Below are positions 31,065-42,362 of a DNA stretch of 64,000 nt, piece after piece. The DNA is taken from NCBI GenBank assembly GCA_039045805.1, contig JBCCJR010000001.1, positions 317 through 64,316 on the forward strand, read 5' to 3'. Every line of letters begins with the position of its first letter. Position 1 is the stretch's first letter. The translations under genes and the position numbers were made by a program. This DNA comes from Cyanobacteria bacterium P01_C01_bin.118. GTDB lineage: Bacteria; Cyanobacteriota; Cyanobacteriia; Phormidesmidales; Phormidesmidaceae. Below the pieces are notes generated by a model that worked only from the letters and a program-made list of their open reading frames with translations, did not search any database and was not told the origin of the DNA.

Positions 31065-31886
31065 ATGCTCCAAACTGCTTTGATTCATTCCACGGCTGTG
31101 ATTCATCCGGGGGCCCAAATTCACCCCAGTGTCAAGGTGGGTCCCTATGCGGTAATTGGTGAAAAAGTCAGTGTTGGTAAAGATACTGAAATCGGCTCCC
31201 ATGTGGTGTTAGACGGTCATACCGAGATTGGTGAGCGCAATCGTATCTTTACCGGAGCGGCCATTGGTCTGGAGCCTCAAGACCTGAAATACGATGGTTC
31301 TGAAAGTTTAGTCTCCATTGGTGATGACAACAATATTCGCGAATATGTCACCATCAATCGGCCCACACGATTTGGCGAAATCACGCGGATTGGCAACAAT
31401 ACGTTATTGATGGCCTATGCCCATGTCGCCCACAACTGTGTCATTCAGGACAATGTGATCATTGCAAATTCCGTAGCCCTGGCTGGCCATGTACATATTG
31501 AAGCCAATGTCCGCATCAGTGGTCTAGTGGGTATTCATCAGTTTGTTCATATCGGTCGTCATGCCATGGTGGGCGGCATGAGTCGAATCGAACGGGATGT
31601 ACCGCCCTACATGATGGTGGAAGGCAATCCATCCCGGGTCAGGGGACTTAACCAGGTCGGCTTAAAACGTTCGGGTATTGGCGATTTAGAATCTGGCCGA
31701 GTCTATGAAGGTTTAAAACAGGCCTATCGTGTGCTCTATCGTTCTGGTCTGACATTTAGCGAAGCCCTGAACAAGTTAGACTCTGTCGCTAACAACGAGT
31801 ATGTACAACATCTCCATAGATTTTTAGTGGCATCCCAACAAGATGGTCGACGCGGTGTAGTTCCGGGACGACTGCGTTCCTCCTAG
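31065..31886 (+). CDS. lpxA: UDP-N-acetylglucosamine O-acyltransferase
   Basis: Hexapeptide repeats, PQDLKY, HVAHNC, LAGHV, GIHQF. Confidence 0.95.
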   Translation: MLQTALIHSTAVIHPGAQIHPSVKVGPYAVIGEKVSVGKDTEIGSHVVLDGHTEIGERNRIFTGAAIGLEPQDLKYDGSESLVSIGDDNNIREYVTINRPTRFGEITRIGNNTLLMAYAHVAHNCVIQDNVIIANSVALAGHVHIEANVRISGLVGIHQFVHIGRHAMVGGMSRIERDVPPYMMVEGNPSRVRGLNQVGLKRSGIGDLESGRVYEGLKQAYRVLYRSGLTFSEALNKLDSVANNEYVQHLHRFLVASQQDGRRGVVPGRLRSS

Positions 31887-31893
31887 CCGAACT

Positions 31894-33162
31894 ATGGGAC
31901 CTAACGCTCTAGAACCCGCTTCTACCATGCAGCAACAAGCTAATACTACAACCAACTCCAGACGCCCTCTGCGGGTATTTATTCACACCGGAGAAGTCTC
32001 GGGTGATCTGCAAGGGAGTCTGCTGGTGAAGGCGTTGGAACGTCAGGCAGCCAAGCGGGGGGTAGCCGTTGAGATTACGGCCATGGGGGGTAGCCGCATG
32101 GCCGACGCTGGAGCAAATCTGATCGGCGATACGGTCTCTGTCAGTTCCATCGGGTTGCTAGAGGCTCTACCCTATGTAGGTAAAGCCCTAAAGCTCAATC
32201 GACAGGCACAAAAGCATCTGCGTCTGTCCCCACCGGATGGAGTGGTGCTGATTGACTATATGGGGCCCAATGTGGCCATTGGCAATTTTGTTCGACGGCA
32301 GTTTCCCAAGGCACCGATCGCGTACTACATCGCCCCTCACCTATGGGTTTGTGAAACAATTCCTGGAGACACAGCTAAGATATTGGCAATTTCTGACCTA
32401 ATCCTGGCAATTTTTCCAGGAGAGGCCGATTTCTATCAAAAAAAGGGAGGAAACGTCACCTGGATCGGTCATCCTCTGCTAGATCAATTTGCTGACCATT
32501 CTCCAGATATAGCTAAACAAGAGGCGCGTCAACAGTTGGGGCTAGCCACCATCGATCGTGTGGTCACCCTATTACCGGCATCACGACAGCAGGAACTGAC
32601 CTATGTGCTGCCGATTATGTTTCAGGCGGCTCAACAGCTTCAGACCCAACTGCCCCAGATAAAGTTTTTGGTGCCCCTGGCTAGGGAGAGCTTTCGACCC
32701 ATGGTGGAAGCAGCCTTGGCAGACTATGGTTTAACCGGACAAGCGGTGGTACCGGAGGAGCGTCTGGAGGCCATTGCAGCAGCGGATCTAGCGATTACCA
32801 AATCGGGGACAACTAATTTAGAAATTGCCCTCATGGAAGTACCCCAGGTGGTAATGTATCGGCTAAATCGCTTAACGGCCTGGCTAGCAGAGTTTGTACT
32901 GCAATTTTCGGTCCCCTATGTTTCGCCGGTAAATCTGGTTAATATGGAGCCGATTGTACCGGAGTTTGTCCAGTGGGATGCAACGCCTGAGGTCGTCAGC
33001 CAAGCAGCGCTAAATCTACTGAACAATCCGGATCAACGTCAAAAAATGGTGGAGGGCTACAGGACGATGCGACAGCAGTTGGGCTCTCTGGGAGTGTGCG
33101 ATCGCGCCGCCACCGAAATTCTAGATCTAGCCATTGCCAGGGCTGCTGTCGCCAGTGTCTAA
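31894..33162 (+). CDS. lpxB: Lipid-A-disaccharide synthase
   Basis: GEVSGDLQG, GHPL, LLPASRQQE, KSGTTNLE. Confidence 0.95.
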   Translation: MGPNALEPASTMQQQANTTTNSRRPLRVFIHTGEVSGDLQGSLLVKALERQAAKRGVAVEITAMGGSRMADAGANLIGDTVSVSSIGLLEALPYVGKALKLNRQAQKHLRLSPPDGVVLIDYMGPNVAIGNFVRRQFPKAPIAYYIAPHLWVCETIPGDTAKILAISDLILAIFPGEADFYQKKGGNVTWIGHPLLDQFADHSPDIAKQEARQQLGLATIDRVVTLLPASRQQELTYVLPIMFQAAQQLQTQLPQIKFLVPLARESFRPMVEAALADYGLTGQAVVPEERLEAIAAADLAITKSGTTNLEIALMEVPQVVMYRLNRLTAWLAEFVLQFSVPYVSPVNLVNMEPIVPEFVQWDATPEVVSQAALNLLNNPDQRQKMVEGYRTMRQQLGSLGVCDRAATEILDLAIARAAVASV

Positions 33163-33229
33163 AGATGATGGCTAATCTAGGACCCGAGCAGGGTAACATG
33201 CCTCTGAGAAAGCGTACGGGAGAAAACGC

Positions 33230-33898
33230 GTGAACATTGCTGAACTATTTAGTATAGGTGGGCCAGTCATGTTGCCCCTAGCGGGCCTATCAGTGCTTGC
33301 CCTCGGTACCATTATCGAGCGGATCTGGTTCTGGTCTCGTATTATTACTCGCGAGCGTGAAGTAGCCGGACGAGTATTAGAAGCCGCTCGTCGGGAATGG
33401 CCTGCCGCCACCGAAATTGCCCAGCGGGCCCACCGGTTACCCATGGGTCGTTTTCTCTATGCGGCTCTCAAACTTAAGGACCAGGAACCTGAAGTCTTTC
33501 GTTTAGCCCTGGAAACCGCTGCCAACGAAGAGCTGGCCGCCATGCGTCGAGGCGAAAAAGTGCTGGAGCTAGTGATTGCCGTCTCCCCCATGTTGGGGCT
33601 GCTGGGTACGGTCCTGGGATTGATGAACTCCCTGGGCTCTCTAAATCTGAACGATCTGGCCCTGGGTAGTGCCACCAGCGGTGCCGCCAGCGGTATTGGG
33701 CAGTCCCTAATTACCACGGCTGCAGGGTTGATTATTGCCATTATCAGCCTGATGTTTTTCCGCCTGTTTCAAGGTCTAGTTTTTGGTCAAGCCAAAGTTT
33801 TTCGTCAGTCAGGTAGCGAACTGGAGCTGCTGTATCGTCAGGCCTGGTCCTTAAGTGATGGTAAACCCAGTGAACTTGGCCCCTCTAGAGTTGCCTAG
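33230..33898 (+). CDS. MotA/TolQ/ExbB proton channel protein
   Basis: GGPVM, SPMLGLLGTVLG, LITTAAGL. Confidence 0.92.
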   Translation: MNIAELFSIGGPVMLPLAGLSVLALGTIIERIWFWSRIITREREVAGRVLEAARREWPAATEIAQRAHRLPMGRFLYAALKLKDQEPEVFRLALETAANEELAAMRRGEKVLELVIAVSPMLGLLGTVLGLMNSLGSLNLNDLALGSATSGAASGIGQSLITTAAGLIIAIISLMFFRLFQGLVFGQAKVFRQSGSELELLYRQAWSLSDGKPSELGPSRVA

Positions 33899-33951
33899 GT
33901 TCCCTGGTTTCGTTTTCCCCACACAATTTTCTAATATCCCTCAGCATTGCT

Positions 33952-34650
33952 ATGAAACTGGATTTAGACGAACAACAAACCGGTGTCCAGATTGAGCTGC
34001 TTCCCCTCGTGGATGTCGTCTTTTGTATTCTTACCTTCTTTATCTTGGCCGCTGTTGGTAGTCGTCAGCAGGCAATTAGTTTAGACCTACCCAATGCAAA
34101 TACCGGGGCAGCCCTGGAAGAGACTCAAAATACTGGTCGCGATCGCTTGTACGTCAGTGTTGACCCCATTGGGCGCATTTATATCGATCAAGATCCCATA
34201 CTGGAACAGAACCTGTTGGGACTGCTCAGAGACTTCTACACCGGTAACTCTCAAGGAATTGTCGTACTCTATGCAGCCAAAGATTCTCGCTACGATGATG
34301 TTGTTCGAGTATTAGATATTTTGCGATCCGTGGGAGGCAATCGAGTGGCCCTGGCCACACTGCCAGCAGGAACCGAGTCTAGAGCCTCTCAAGAGGGGCT
34401 GCCGGGGGAGTTACCAGCTGATATTCAAGACCTGATTAATGGTTCTGGCTCCACCTTGCCAGGGGGCAGCGGTCTACCAGGAGGTAGCGGTCTACCAGGA
34501 AGTAGCGGTCTACCAGGAGGTAGCGGTCTGCCAGGGATTTCCCCCAGTATTAACGATCCGCTAAACCCTGACACCACTACTCCAATTCCAACACCAGGGA
34601 GTTCCTTTGATAGTCCCTCGTCGTTACCCCCGCTACCGGACGACGAGTAG
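33952..34650 (+). CDS. ExbD/TolR protein with a low-complexity Gly/Ser/Pro tail
   Basis: LPLVDVVFCILTFF (TM Asp), ExbD periplasmic domain, (LPGGSG)x4. Confidence 0.9.
   Translation: MKLDLDEQQTGVQIELLPLVDVVFCILTFFILAAVGSRQQAISLDLPNANTGAALEETQNTGRDRLYVSVDPIGRIYIDQDPILEQNLLGLLRDFYTGNSQGIVVLYAAKDSRYDDVVRVLDILRSVGGNRVALATLPAGTESRASQEGLPGELPADIQDLINGSGSTLPGGSGLPGGSGLPGSSGLPGGSGLPGISPSINDPLNPDTTTPIPTPGSSFDSPSSLPPLPDDE
34459..34536 (+). repeat. Coding 18-bp tandem repeat, about 4.3 copies
   Basis: CCAGGAGGTAGCGGTCTA units at 34459, 34477, 34495 and 34513. Confidence 0.9.
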
Positions 34651-34653
34651 TCC

Positions 34654-34691
34654 AAAAAAAGAGGGAGGCCTCAACAGCCTTCCTCTTTCTT
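34654..34691. terminator. Probable bidirectional terminator between the ExbD gene and eno
   Basis: A7-GAGGGAGGC-loop-GCCTTCCTC-TTTCTT. Confidence 0.75.
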
Positions 34692-34734
34692 AGATATCAG
34701 TGACAGATATTGGTAACAGCGAGCTATCAACCAC

Positions 34735-36048
<1,314 letters not shown>

Positions 36049-36231
36049 TTAACTGTGGGTTAACAACGATTGCACGATAAACCAGCATACGGTGCTATCC
36101 TGCATCAACGATAGGGCTACACGTAAAAATGTGAGGAAAAGCACATTGACCTGTCTACACAAGGATATCTAGGTCATCATAAAAACTCGACCACCGTTAG
36201 GATCAATTCAGACTGAGAGGCAAGAATTAAT

Positions 36232-36657
36232 ATGCGTTTACTGCACACAATGTTGCGGGTGGGCAACTTGGACAAGTCCCTGCAATTCTATTGCGATGTC
36301 TTAGGGATGACCCTGCTCCGCCAAAAAGACTATCCTGGGGGCAAATTTACCCTGGCCTTTGTTGGCTATGGCGACGAAAGCGACCACACCGTCATAGAAC
36401 TCACCCATAACTGGGGTGTAGAATCCTACGACCTGGGCGAAGGGTATGGTCATATAGCCCTGGGTGTAGACGACATTTATAAAACCTGTAACGAGATTAA
36501 AGCCCGAGGCGGTAACGTAGTTCGAGAGCCAGGCCCGATGAAGCATGGTTCAACCGTAATTGCTTTTGTGACCGATCCCGATGGATACAAAGTTGAGCTG
36601 ATCCAGTTAAAAGATAAGCCAGCAGCTCAGGTCGAGGAGGCTGTGGTGACGGCTTAG
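36232..36657 (+). CDS. gloA: Lactoylglutathione lyase (glyoxalase I)
   Basis: [31 protein letters not shown]. Confidence 0.95.
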   Translation: MRLLHTMLRVGNLDKSLQFYCDVLGMTLLRQKDYPGGKFTLAFVGYGDESDHTVIELTHNWGVESYDLGEGYGHIALGVDDIYKTCNEIKARGGNVVREPGPMKHGSTVIAFVTDPDGYKVELIQLKDKPAAQVEEAVVTA

Positions 36658-36744
36658 CGAGCTTTGCGATCGCACTCACGATTCACCGCTCCTCCACTTG
36701 ATATACTTAGATGTTCCTTTCCCTGCCAGTTCCACTCACCCACA

Positions 36745-39381
36745 ATGCAGCCATCTAATCCCGATAAATTTACTGTCAAGGCATGGGACGCCATAGTTCA
36801 AGCTCAGGATGTCGCCAGACGTTTTCGTCAGCAATATCTTGAGGTCGAGCATGTGATGGTGGCGCTGATTGAGCAGCAGGGGTTAGCTAGCACTGTATTA
36901 ACTAAGGCCGATCTGGATCCAGAGCTGATTTTGCAGGAGCTCGAAACCTTCGCCCAGCGACAGTCACGGGCAAGGGCTTCGGTGGATAGTAGTTTATATC
37001 TGGGCCAAAGTCTGGATCGGATGCTGGATCAGGCCGAAGCGGCACGTCAGCTGCTACAGGATGACATTATTTCTGTTGAGCATCTGTTGCTGGGGTTTGC
37101 CGAAGATGAACGCATTGGTCGTCGGCTGTTAAGTGGGTTTGAGTTAGATGTATCCCACATACGGGCGGCCATTAACCAGGTACGGGGTAAGCAAAAAGCC
37201 ACTGGGCAAAATCCAGAAGAAGCCTATGAGGCCTTAGAAAAGTACGGTCGTGACCTGACGGAAGAAGCCAAACACGGCAAGCTCGATCCTGTCATTGGTC
37301 GAGATGAGGAAATTCGCCGGGTAATTCAGGTGGTATCGCGACGCACTAAAAACAACCCAGTGTTAATCGGTGAGCCGGGTGTGGGGAAAACAGCGATCGC
37401 AGAAGGATTGGCCCAGCGCATTGTCAACGGTGATGTACCCGAGTCCTTAAAGGATCGCCAGCTAATCTCATTAGACATTGGAAGTCTGATTGCTGGAGCC
37501 AAATACCGGGGTGAGTTTGAAGAACGACTGCGCTCAGTTTTAAAAGAAGTGACCGAATCTGACGGTCAGGTGGTGTTGTTTATTGATGAGCTCCATACGG
37601 TGGTGGGAGCCGGTGGTGGCAACAGCAATGTGGATGCGGGTAATTTGCTCAAACCAATTTTAGCGAGGGGAGAGCTGCGGTGTATCGGTGCTACTACGCT
37701 GGACGAATATCGTAAACACATTGAAAAAGATGCTGCTTTGGAACGACGCTTCCAACAGGTCTATATTGGCCAACCCAGCGTTGAGGATGCCATTTCGATT
37801 TTGCGGGGTCTAAAGGAACGCTATGAAGCGCACCATGGTGTGAAGATTGTGGACTCGGCCCTGGTTGCCGCCGCCACACTCTCGGATCGCTATATCAGCG
37901 ATCGCTTTTTGCCCGATAAGGCCATCGACCTGATCGATGAAGCCGCCGCCAAGCTAAAAATGGAGATCACCTCCAAGCCAGTGGAGCTAGAGACTATTGA
38001 TCGACGGTTGCGACAGTTAGAAATGGAAAAACTCTCTCTCCAGGGAGAAGAGTCCACCTCGCGTACCTCAAAACAGCGCCTCACACGGATCAATAAAGAG
38101 ATTGAAAAACTCTCGGTAAAACAGCAAAAATTTACCCTGCAGTGGCAGGCCGAGAAACAGGCTTTAGATGCAATCAAGGCCTTAAAGCAAGAAGAAGACC
38201 AGCTGCGGGTGCAGGTAGAGCAAGCCGAACGGGCCTATGATCTCAACCGGGCAGCTCAGATCAAGTACGGTCGCTTAGAAGCTGTTCAACAAGAGCTAGA
38301 GATTTTGGATGGCCAACTGCAAGAGATGCAAAATAAAGGCTCCACACTGTTGCGGGAACAAGTCAGTGAGGCTGATATTGCTGAGATTGTTGCTAATTGG
38401 ACAGGAATTCCCGTCAACCGTCTGATGGAGACTGAGCGCCAAAAGCTGTTGCAGCTAGAAGGGTATTTACACCAGCGTGTGGTCGGCCAAAGTGAAGCGG
38501 TAACGGCGGTATCTGCGGCGATTCGACGGGCCCGCGCGGGCATGAAAGATCCCGGCAGACCCATTGGTTCTTTTTTGTTTATGGGACCGACGGGCGTGGG
38601 TAAAACAGAATTAGCGCGAGCCCTGGCCGACTGTCTCTTTGACACCGAAGAGGCCCTGGTGCGAGTAGACATGTCTGAGTACATGGAAAAACATTCTGTA
38701 GCTCGCTTGATAGGTGCCCCTCCTGGCTATGTTGGCTATGAAGAGGGAGGACAGCTATCAGAAGCAGTGCGCCGTCATCCCTATTCTGTGGTGCTACTGG
38801 ATGAGGTAGAAAAGGCTCATCCAGACGTGTTTAATATTTTGCTACAGGTGCTGGATGATGGTCGCATCACTGATTCCCAAGGGCGGACGGTGGATTTTCG
38901 CAATACGGTGATTGTGATGACCAGCAATATTGGCAGCGATCACATTCTCGATGTGGCCGGAGATGACTCCCAGTTCGAAGATATGCAAGAGCGAGTACTG
39001 ACTGCTCTGCGGGGACACTTCCGGCCTGAGTTTCTAAACCGTGTGGACGATTTAATTATCTTCCATCCGTTGAGTAAGGATGAGTTGCGGGCGATTGTGA
39101 CAATCCAGCTTAAGCGGTTGTATAAGCTGCTGGCGGATCAGAAAATTGCACTCCACGTATCAGAGTCGGCCATTGACTACGTGGCAGATAAGGGCTACGA
39201 CCCCGTGTATGGTGCCAGGCCCTTAAAGCGGGCGATTCAGAGGGAGCTGGAAAATCCCATTGCCACCAAGATCTTAGAAAATACCTTTGTGGAAGGCAGT
39301 CAAGTTGTTATTGACTACATTGAGGATCGTCTAAAGTTTCAAGTGAAGACCAATGATGCAGTCGATGATAAGGCTGCTTGA
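36745..39381 (+). CDS. clpB: ATP-dependent chaperone ClpB (start moved to ATG 36745)
   Basis: Clp N domains, GEPGVGKT and GPTGVGKT Walker A motifs, coiled-coil M domain, GARPLKR. Confidence 0.96.
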   Translation: MQPSNPDKFTVKAWDAIVQAQDVARRFRQQYLEVEHVMVALIEQQGLASTVLTKADLDPELILQELETFAQRQSRARASVDSSLYLGQSLDRMLDQAEAARQLLQDDIISVEHLLLGFAEDERIGRRLLSGFELDVSHIRAAINQVRGKQKATGQNPEEAYEALEKYGRDLTEEAKHGKLDPVIGRDEEIRRVIQVVSRRTKNNPVLIGEPGVGKTAIAEGLAQRIVNGDVPESLKDRQLISLDIGSLIAGAKYRGEFEERLRSVLKEVTESDGQVVLFIDELHTVVGAGGGNSNVDAGNLLKPILARGELRCIGATTLDEYRKHIEKDAALERRFQQVYIGQPSVEDAISILRGLKERYEAHHGVKIVDSALVAAATLSDRYISDRFLPDKAIDLIDEAAAKLKMEITSKPVELETIDRRLRQLEMEKLSLQGEESTSRTSKQRLTRINKEIEKLSVKQQKFTLQWQAEKQALDAIKALKQEEDQLRVQVEQAERAYDLNRAAQIKYGRLEAVQQELEILDGQLQEMQNKGSTLLREQVSEADIAEIVANWTGIPVNRLMETERQKLLQLEGYLHQRVVGQSEAVTAVSAAIRRARAGMKDPGRPIGSFLFMGPTGVGKTELARALADCLFDTEEALVRVDMSEYMEKHSVARLIGAPPGYVGYEEGGQLSEAVRRHPYSVVLLDEVEKAHPDVFNILLQVLDDGRITDSQGRTVDFRNTVIVMTSNIGSDHILDVAGDDSQFEDMQERVLTALRGHFRPEFLNRVDDLIIFHPLSKDELRAIVTIQLKRLYKLLADQKIALHVSESAIDYVADKGYDPVYGARPLKRAIQRELENPIATKILENTFVEGSQVVIDYIEDRLKFQVKTNDAVDDKAA

Positions 39382-39393
39382 GAAATCTTGACT

Positions 39394-39440
39394 AAAACGT
39401 TAAACCCCTTGGGCTTAAAGCCCAAGGGGTTTAACGTTTT
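39394..39440. terminator. Perfect 21-bp-stem hairpin after clpB (terminator or REP-like)
   Basis: AAAACGTTAAACCCCTTGGGC-TTAAA-GCCCAAGGGGTTTAACGTTTT. Confidence 0.7.
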
Positions 39441-39555
39441 CAACTCACACTAGCGTTTTAACTGAATACCCCTGAAAAATTGCCCTAAATCAATGTGGCC
39501 AACACAATTGGACTCATGACTTTAGTCCATTTCTTCAAGGTGTAGATGATGCGGT

Positions 39556-39869
39556 TTAACTGCTCTTAATTACTTGTACCTCAATTGCCCCCTTGACCTC
39601 TGGCGTCACTTGATTGATGCGTGACAGCATTGTCAGTAAAAACCCTTGGGGAGGTAGATGGCTAGGTCGTTTAGCCTTCATTGCTACAGCCTTTCTGATG
39701 GCGGTCTCAAGGTCGCCACCCTCTAATATTGTGCTGATGATCCACATGCGTACGTAATTTAGGGAACTACGTTCATATAATCTTTGTAAAAGAAGTAAAA
39801 AGCATCAGCAATTTCAACTAGATCTGTGTCCGGAAATATAACCAAGCATTCATTACTAAGAACATCCAT
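39556..39869 (-). pseudogene. Putative frameshifted ~104-aa hypothetical gene
   Basis: MDVLSNECLVIFPDTDLVEIADA joins FLLLLQRLYERSSLNYVRMWIISTIL... if one T is added to the T5 run (plus-strand A5 at 39797-39801). Confidence 0.4.
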
Positions 39870-40150
39870 AGCTACGTTGAACTACTATTGCCTGGATTTA
39901 TAATGAGGTTAAACCCTCTCTATAAAAGGTTTTCATTATTTCTATTTACACTACTGGATAGTTGGTGAATATAGACATGTAACTTTTTGGCTTAAAAAGG
40001 CATCTGTCCAGGTCGAACAATAAACTACATAAAATCTTTGCATTTCTTATTTTATGTAATGAAGCCACGGTGTGTTGAGCGCAGTTCTTTGACTGTGCGG
40101 CTGCTCATTGGTCATAGTACATATACTAGTACACCAATGTTGCTGTTTAT

Positions 40151-40579
40151 ATGAGACAGGCTTATCACCCCAGACGTTGGGCTTCTGTATTGTTAGAGGA
40201 CCGTCGCAGACTGCCACGCAAGTCAGGGGTGTATGCCGTCATTAGCCGCCGCAGAATCTACTACGTTGGTGTTTCGATTAACCTAAATCAGCGATGGCGT
40301 GGCAGGGGACATCATCGGTATATCCAGGCTAGCCAGTTGGGTAGGCCTAGTTTGCACTATCTCCTATTGCCAAAAGACGAAGCTCGCTCACTGGAGAAGG
40401 CGCTGATTGCGAGGTATAACCCACCGTGGAACTACTCTAAAGTGCCTGTAGAACGCAGGGCTTCTGGATGGCGTAGGGGATTGATGATGGCCACGGGGGC
40501 ATTGGTGGCGTTTATTGCCAGTCGTAGTTGGCTGTTGGGACTGATGGCGGCGGCGGTTGCGATCGCACTCTTCCGCTAA
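40151..40579 (+). CDS. GIY-YIG nuclease-family protein with a C-terminal hydrophobic anchor
   Basis: LPRKSGVYAV...IYYVGVSINLNQRW...LEKALIARYNPPWN, then about 30 mostly hydrophobic residues. Confidence 0.8.
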   Translation: MRQAYHPRRWASVLLEDRRRLPRKSGVYAVISRRRIYYVGVSINLNQRWRGRGHHRYIQASQLGRPSLHYLLLPKDEARSLEKALIARYNPPWNYSKVPVERRASGWRRGLMMATGALVAFIASRSWLLGLMAAAVAIALFR

Positions 40580-40614
40580 CCTTCATCCAAACTTAGGGCT
40601 AAAGACCCATACAG

Positions 40615-40899
40615 ATGGGACCTACGCCTCAGGAAACTGCTCAGGACCTTACTTATGATTGTAACAGCGGTCCGTCAAGTCGTATTTCCATGATTGAGCA
40701 GCCACCCAGCCCGGCAGAAAAAGCATTACTAAGTGCCCTCACCCCCGAGCAATTGCAGCTAGTAGCCAGGTGGTTGGAAGACGAGAAACTAATCAGAATT
40801 GAGGAAGGTTATAGCCATTCAGACTTGACCTGGTCGCTGACCTGGATGGCCCATAAATTAAAGACTATGGCTCAGACAGAATTCCCCAATACCCCCTAA
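40615..40899 (+). CDS. Small hypothetical protein (alternative start ATG 40690)
   Basis: ORF with protein-like helical composition; no motif recognised. Confidence 0.5.
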   Translation: MGPTPQETAQDLTYDCNSGPSSRISMIEQPPSPAEKALLSALTPEQLQLVARWLEDEKLIRIEEGYSHSDLTWSLTWMAHKLKTMAQTEFPNTP

Positions 40900-41026
40900 A
40901 TGTTCAGCCTTTTTGGTAACTTCCCTTAAATACTCGTTGCAAACGATACGAACCCAATCCGTAAAAACCCTTATTAATGTAGAGACAACGAAAATCACCT
41001 GCACGCTTTACTGGTGAGGTACGCCT

Positions 41027-42292
41027 ATGTCTCTATCTACGGAACCTAATATTCTCGACGCCTCTGTGGCTGAGGATTATCCGTTAAGTGCGGTACCAAA
41101 AACAGGCCGCAAACCCTTTTGGTCGCTCTGTTTACTGCTGATGGGCTTTGCCCTGACATCCACTACGCTGTTTGCAGGTGGAGCCTTGGGCCCAGCTTTT
41201 AGTATTCCTCAGCTAATCACCGTTATCCTGATCGGCAATCTGATTCTCGGCAGTTACTGTGCTGCCTTGGGGTATATCGCTTCTCAAAGTGGCCTTACTA
41301 CAGTGCTAATGGCTCGGTTTAGCTTTGGTAATGTTGGCTCTCGCTGGGTTGATTTTATTATGGGGTTTACCCAAATTGGCTGGTATGCCTTTACCACAGC
41401 CATCGTAGTCCAGGTCCTTTTAGAGCTGATAGGTGTGCCCAGTGAAGGGTTTCTCTACGTGGCTCTGGTGCTGTTTTTTAACTATGCCTTTTGCGCTACC
41501 GCCTATATCGGCTATCGAGCCATTGACTGGCTAAGTCGCTTAGCGGTACCTGCCATGCTGATTTTAGTCGCCATTAGTCTGATCCTGGCATTTAGAGACT
41601 TTAACGGCACCTTACCTGAACCCACAGGGGAAATGGGTATGGGAGCAGCTCTGGCATTGGTAATTGGTACCTTTATTTCGGGAGGGACTCAGTCTACTAA
41701 CTGGAGCCGTTTTGCTGACTCAGGTAAGAGTGCCGTTATTTCCACCCTCAGTGCCTTTATGGTAGTCAATGGCATTCTGGTCTTTGCCGGTGCGTTTTGT
41801 ACACTGGTCTATGGGTCAGAGGACCTGATCACAGCTCTAGCCGCTCAAGGAATTTTAGCAGGGGGCGTGATTCTGCTAATTCTTAATGTGTGGACTACCC
41901 AGGACAATACAATCTACGCATTTTCCGTCGCAGGAGCAAATATGTTCCGGACCCATAAGCGCCATGCGTTTGTGTTGGGCGGTGCCACCCTTGCACTGGT
42001 ATTCACCCTGTCAGGCATTTATGAGCTGTTGCCAAGCTACCTGATTTTTCTGGGCACTGTGATTCCGCCCGTAGGGGGCATCATCATGGTGGACTTTTGG
42101 CTACGTCATGGGGGACGCTTTCCTAAGCTGACATCACGATTGCCTGCTTTTAACTGGGCTGGAGTGATTGCCTATGTGATCGGTTCGGTTGTTGCCTATA
42201 TCACTGGGAATGCAGGGGTAGGCATCGGCCCGGTCAATGGAATCATAACCGCAGCTATTATCTACGGCATTTTTTGTCGGATGTTTCGGTAG
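41027..42292 (+). CDS. codB: Cytosine permease / NCS1-family transporter
   Basis: EDYPLSAVP, FTQIGWYAF, GTFISGGTQSTNWSRF, LNVWTTQDNTIY. Confidence 0.85.
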   Translation: MSLSTEPNILDASVAEDYPLSAVPKTGRKPFWSLCLLLMGFALTSTTLFAGGALGPAFSIPQLITVILIGNLILGSYCAALGYIASQSGLTTVLMARFSFGNVGSRWVDFIMGFTQIGWYAFTTAIVVQVLLELIGVPSEGFLYVALVLFFNYAFCATAYIGYRAIDWLSRLAVPAMLILVAISLILAFRDFNGTLPEPTGEMGMGAALALVIGTFISGGTQSTNWSRFADSGKSAVISTLSAFMVVNGILVFAGAFCTLVYGSEDLITALAAQGILAGGVILLILNVWTTQDNTIYAFSVAGANMFRTHKRHAFVLGGATLALVFTLSGIYELLPSYLIFLGTVIPPVGGIIMVDFWLRHGGRFPKLTSRLPAFNWAGVIAYVIGSVVAYITGNAGVGIGPVNGIITAAIIYGIFCRMFR

Positions 42293-42297
42293 GAGAA

Positions 42298-42334
42298 GGT
42301 GGGCCATAGTTTGAGGTTGGCCACGCCTACCCTA
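42298..42334. repeat. Degenerate REP-like element (family A) between convergent genes
   Basis: GGTGGGCCA...TGGCCACGCCTACCCTA. Confidence 0.5.
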
Positions 42335-42362
42335 TGCACACCACCATCAATCGACGTTCAAT

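Noticed and set aside
40115-40145. Possible LexA box upstream of the GIY-YIG gene (AGTAC half sites)
   Set aside because: The spacing does not fit the cyanobacterial RGTAC-NNN-DGTWC consensus
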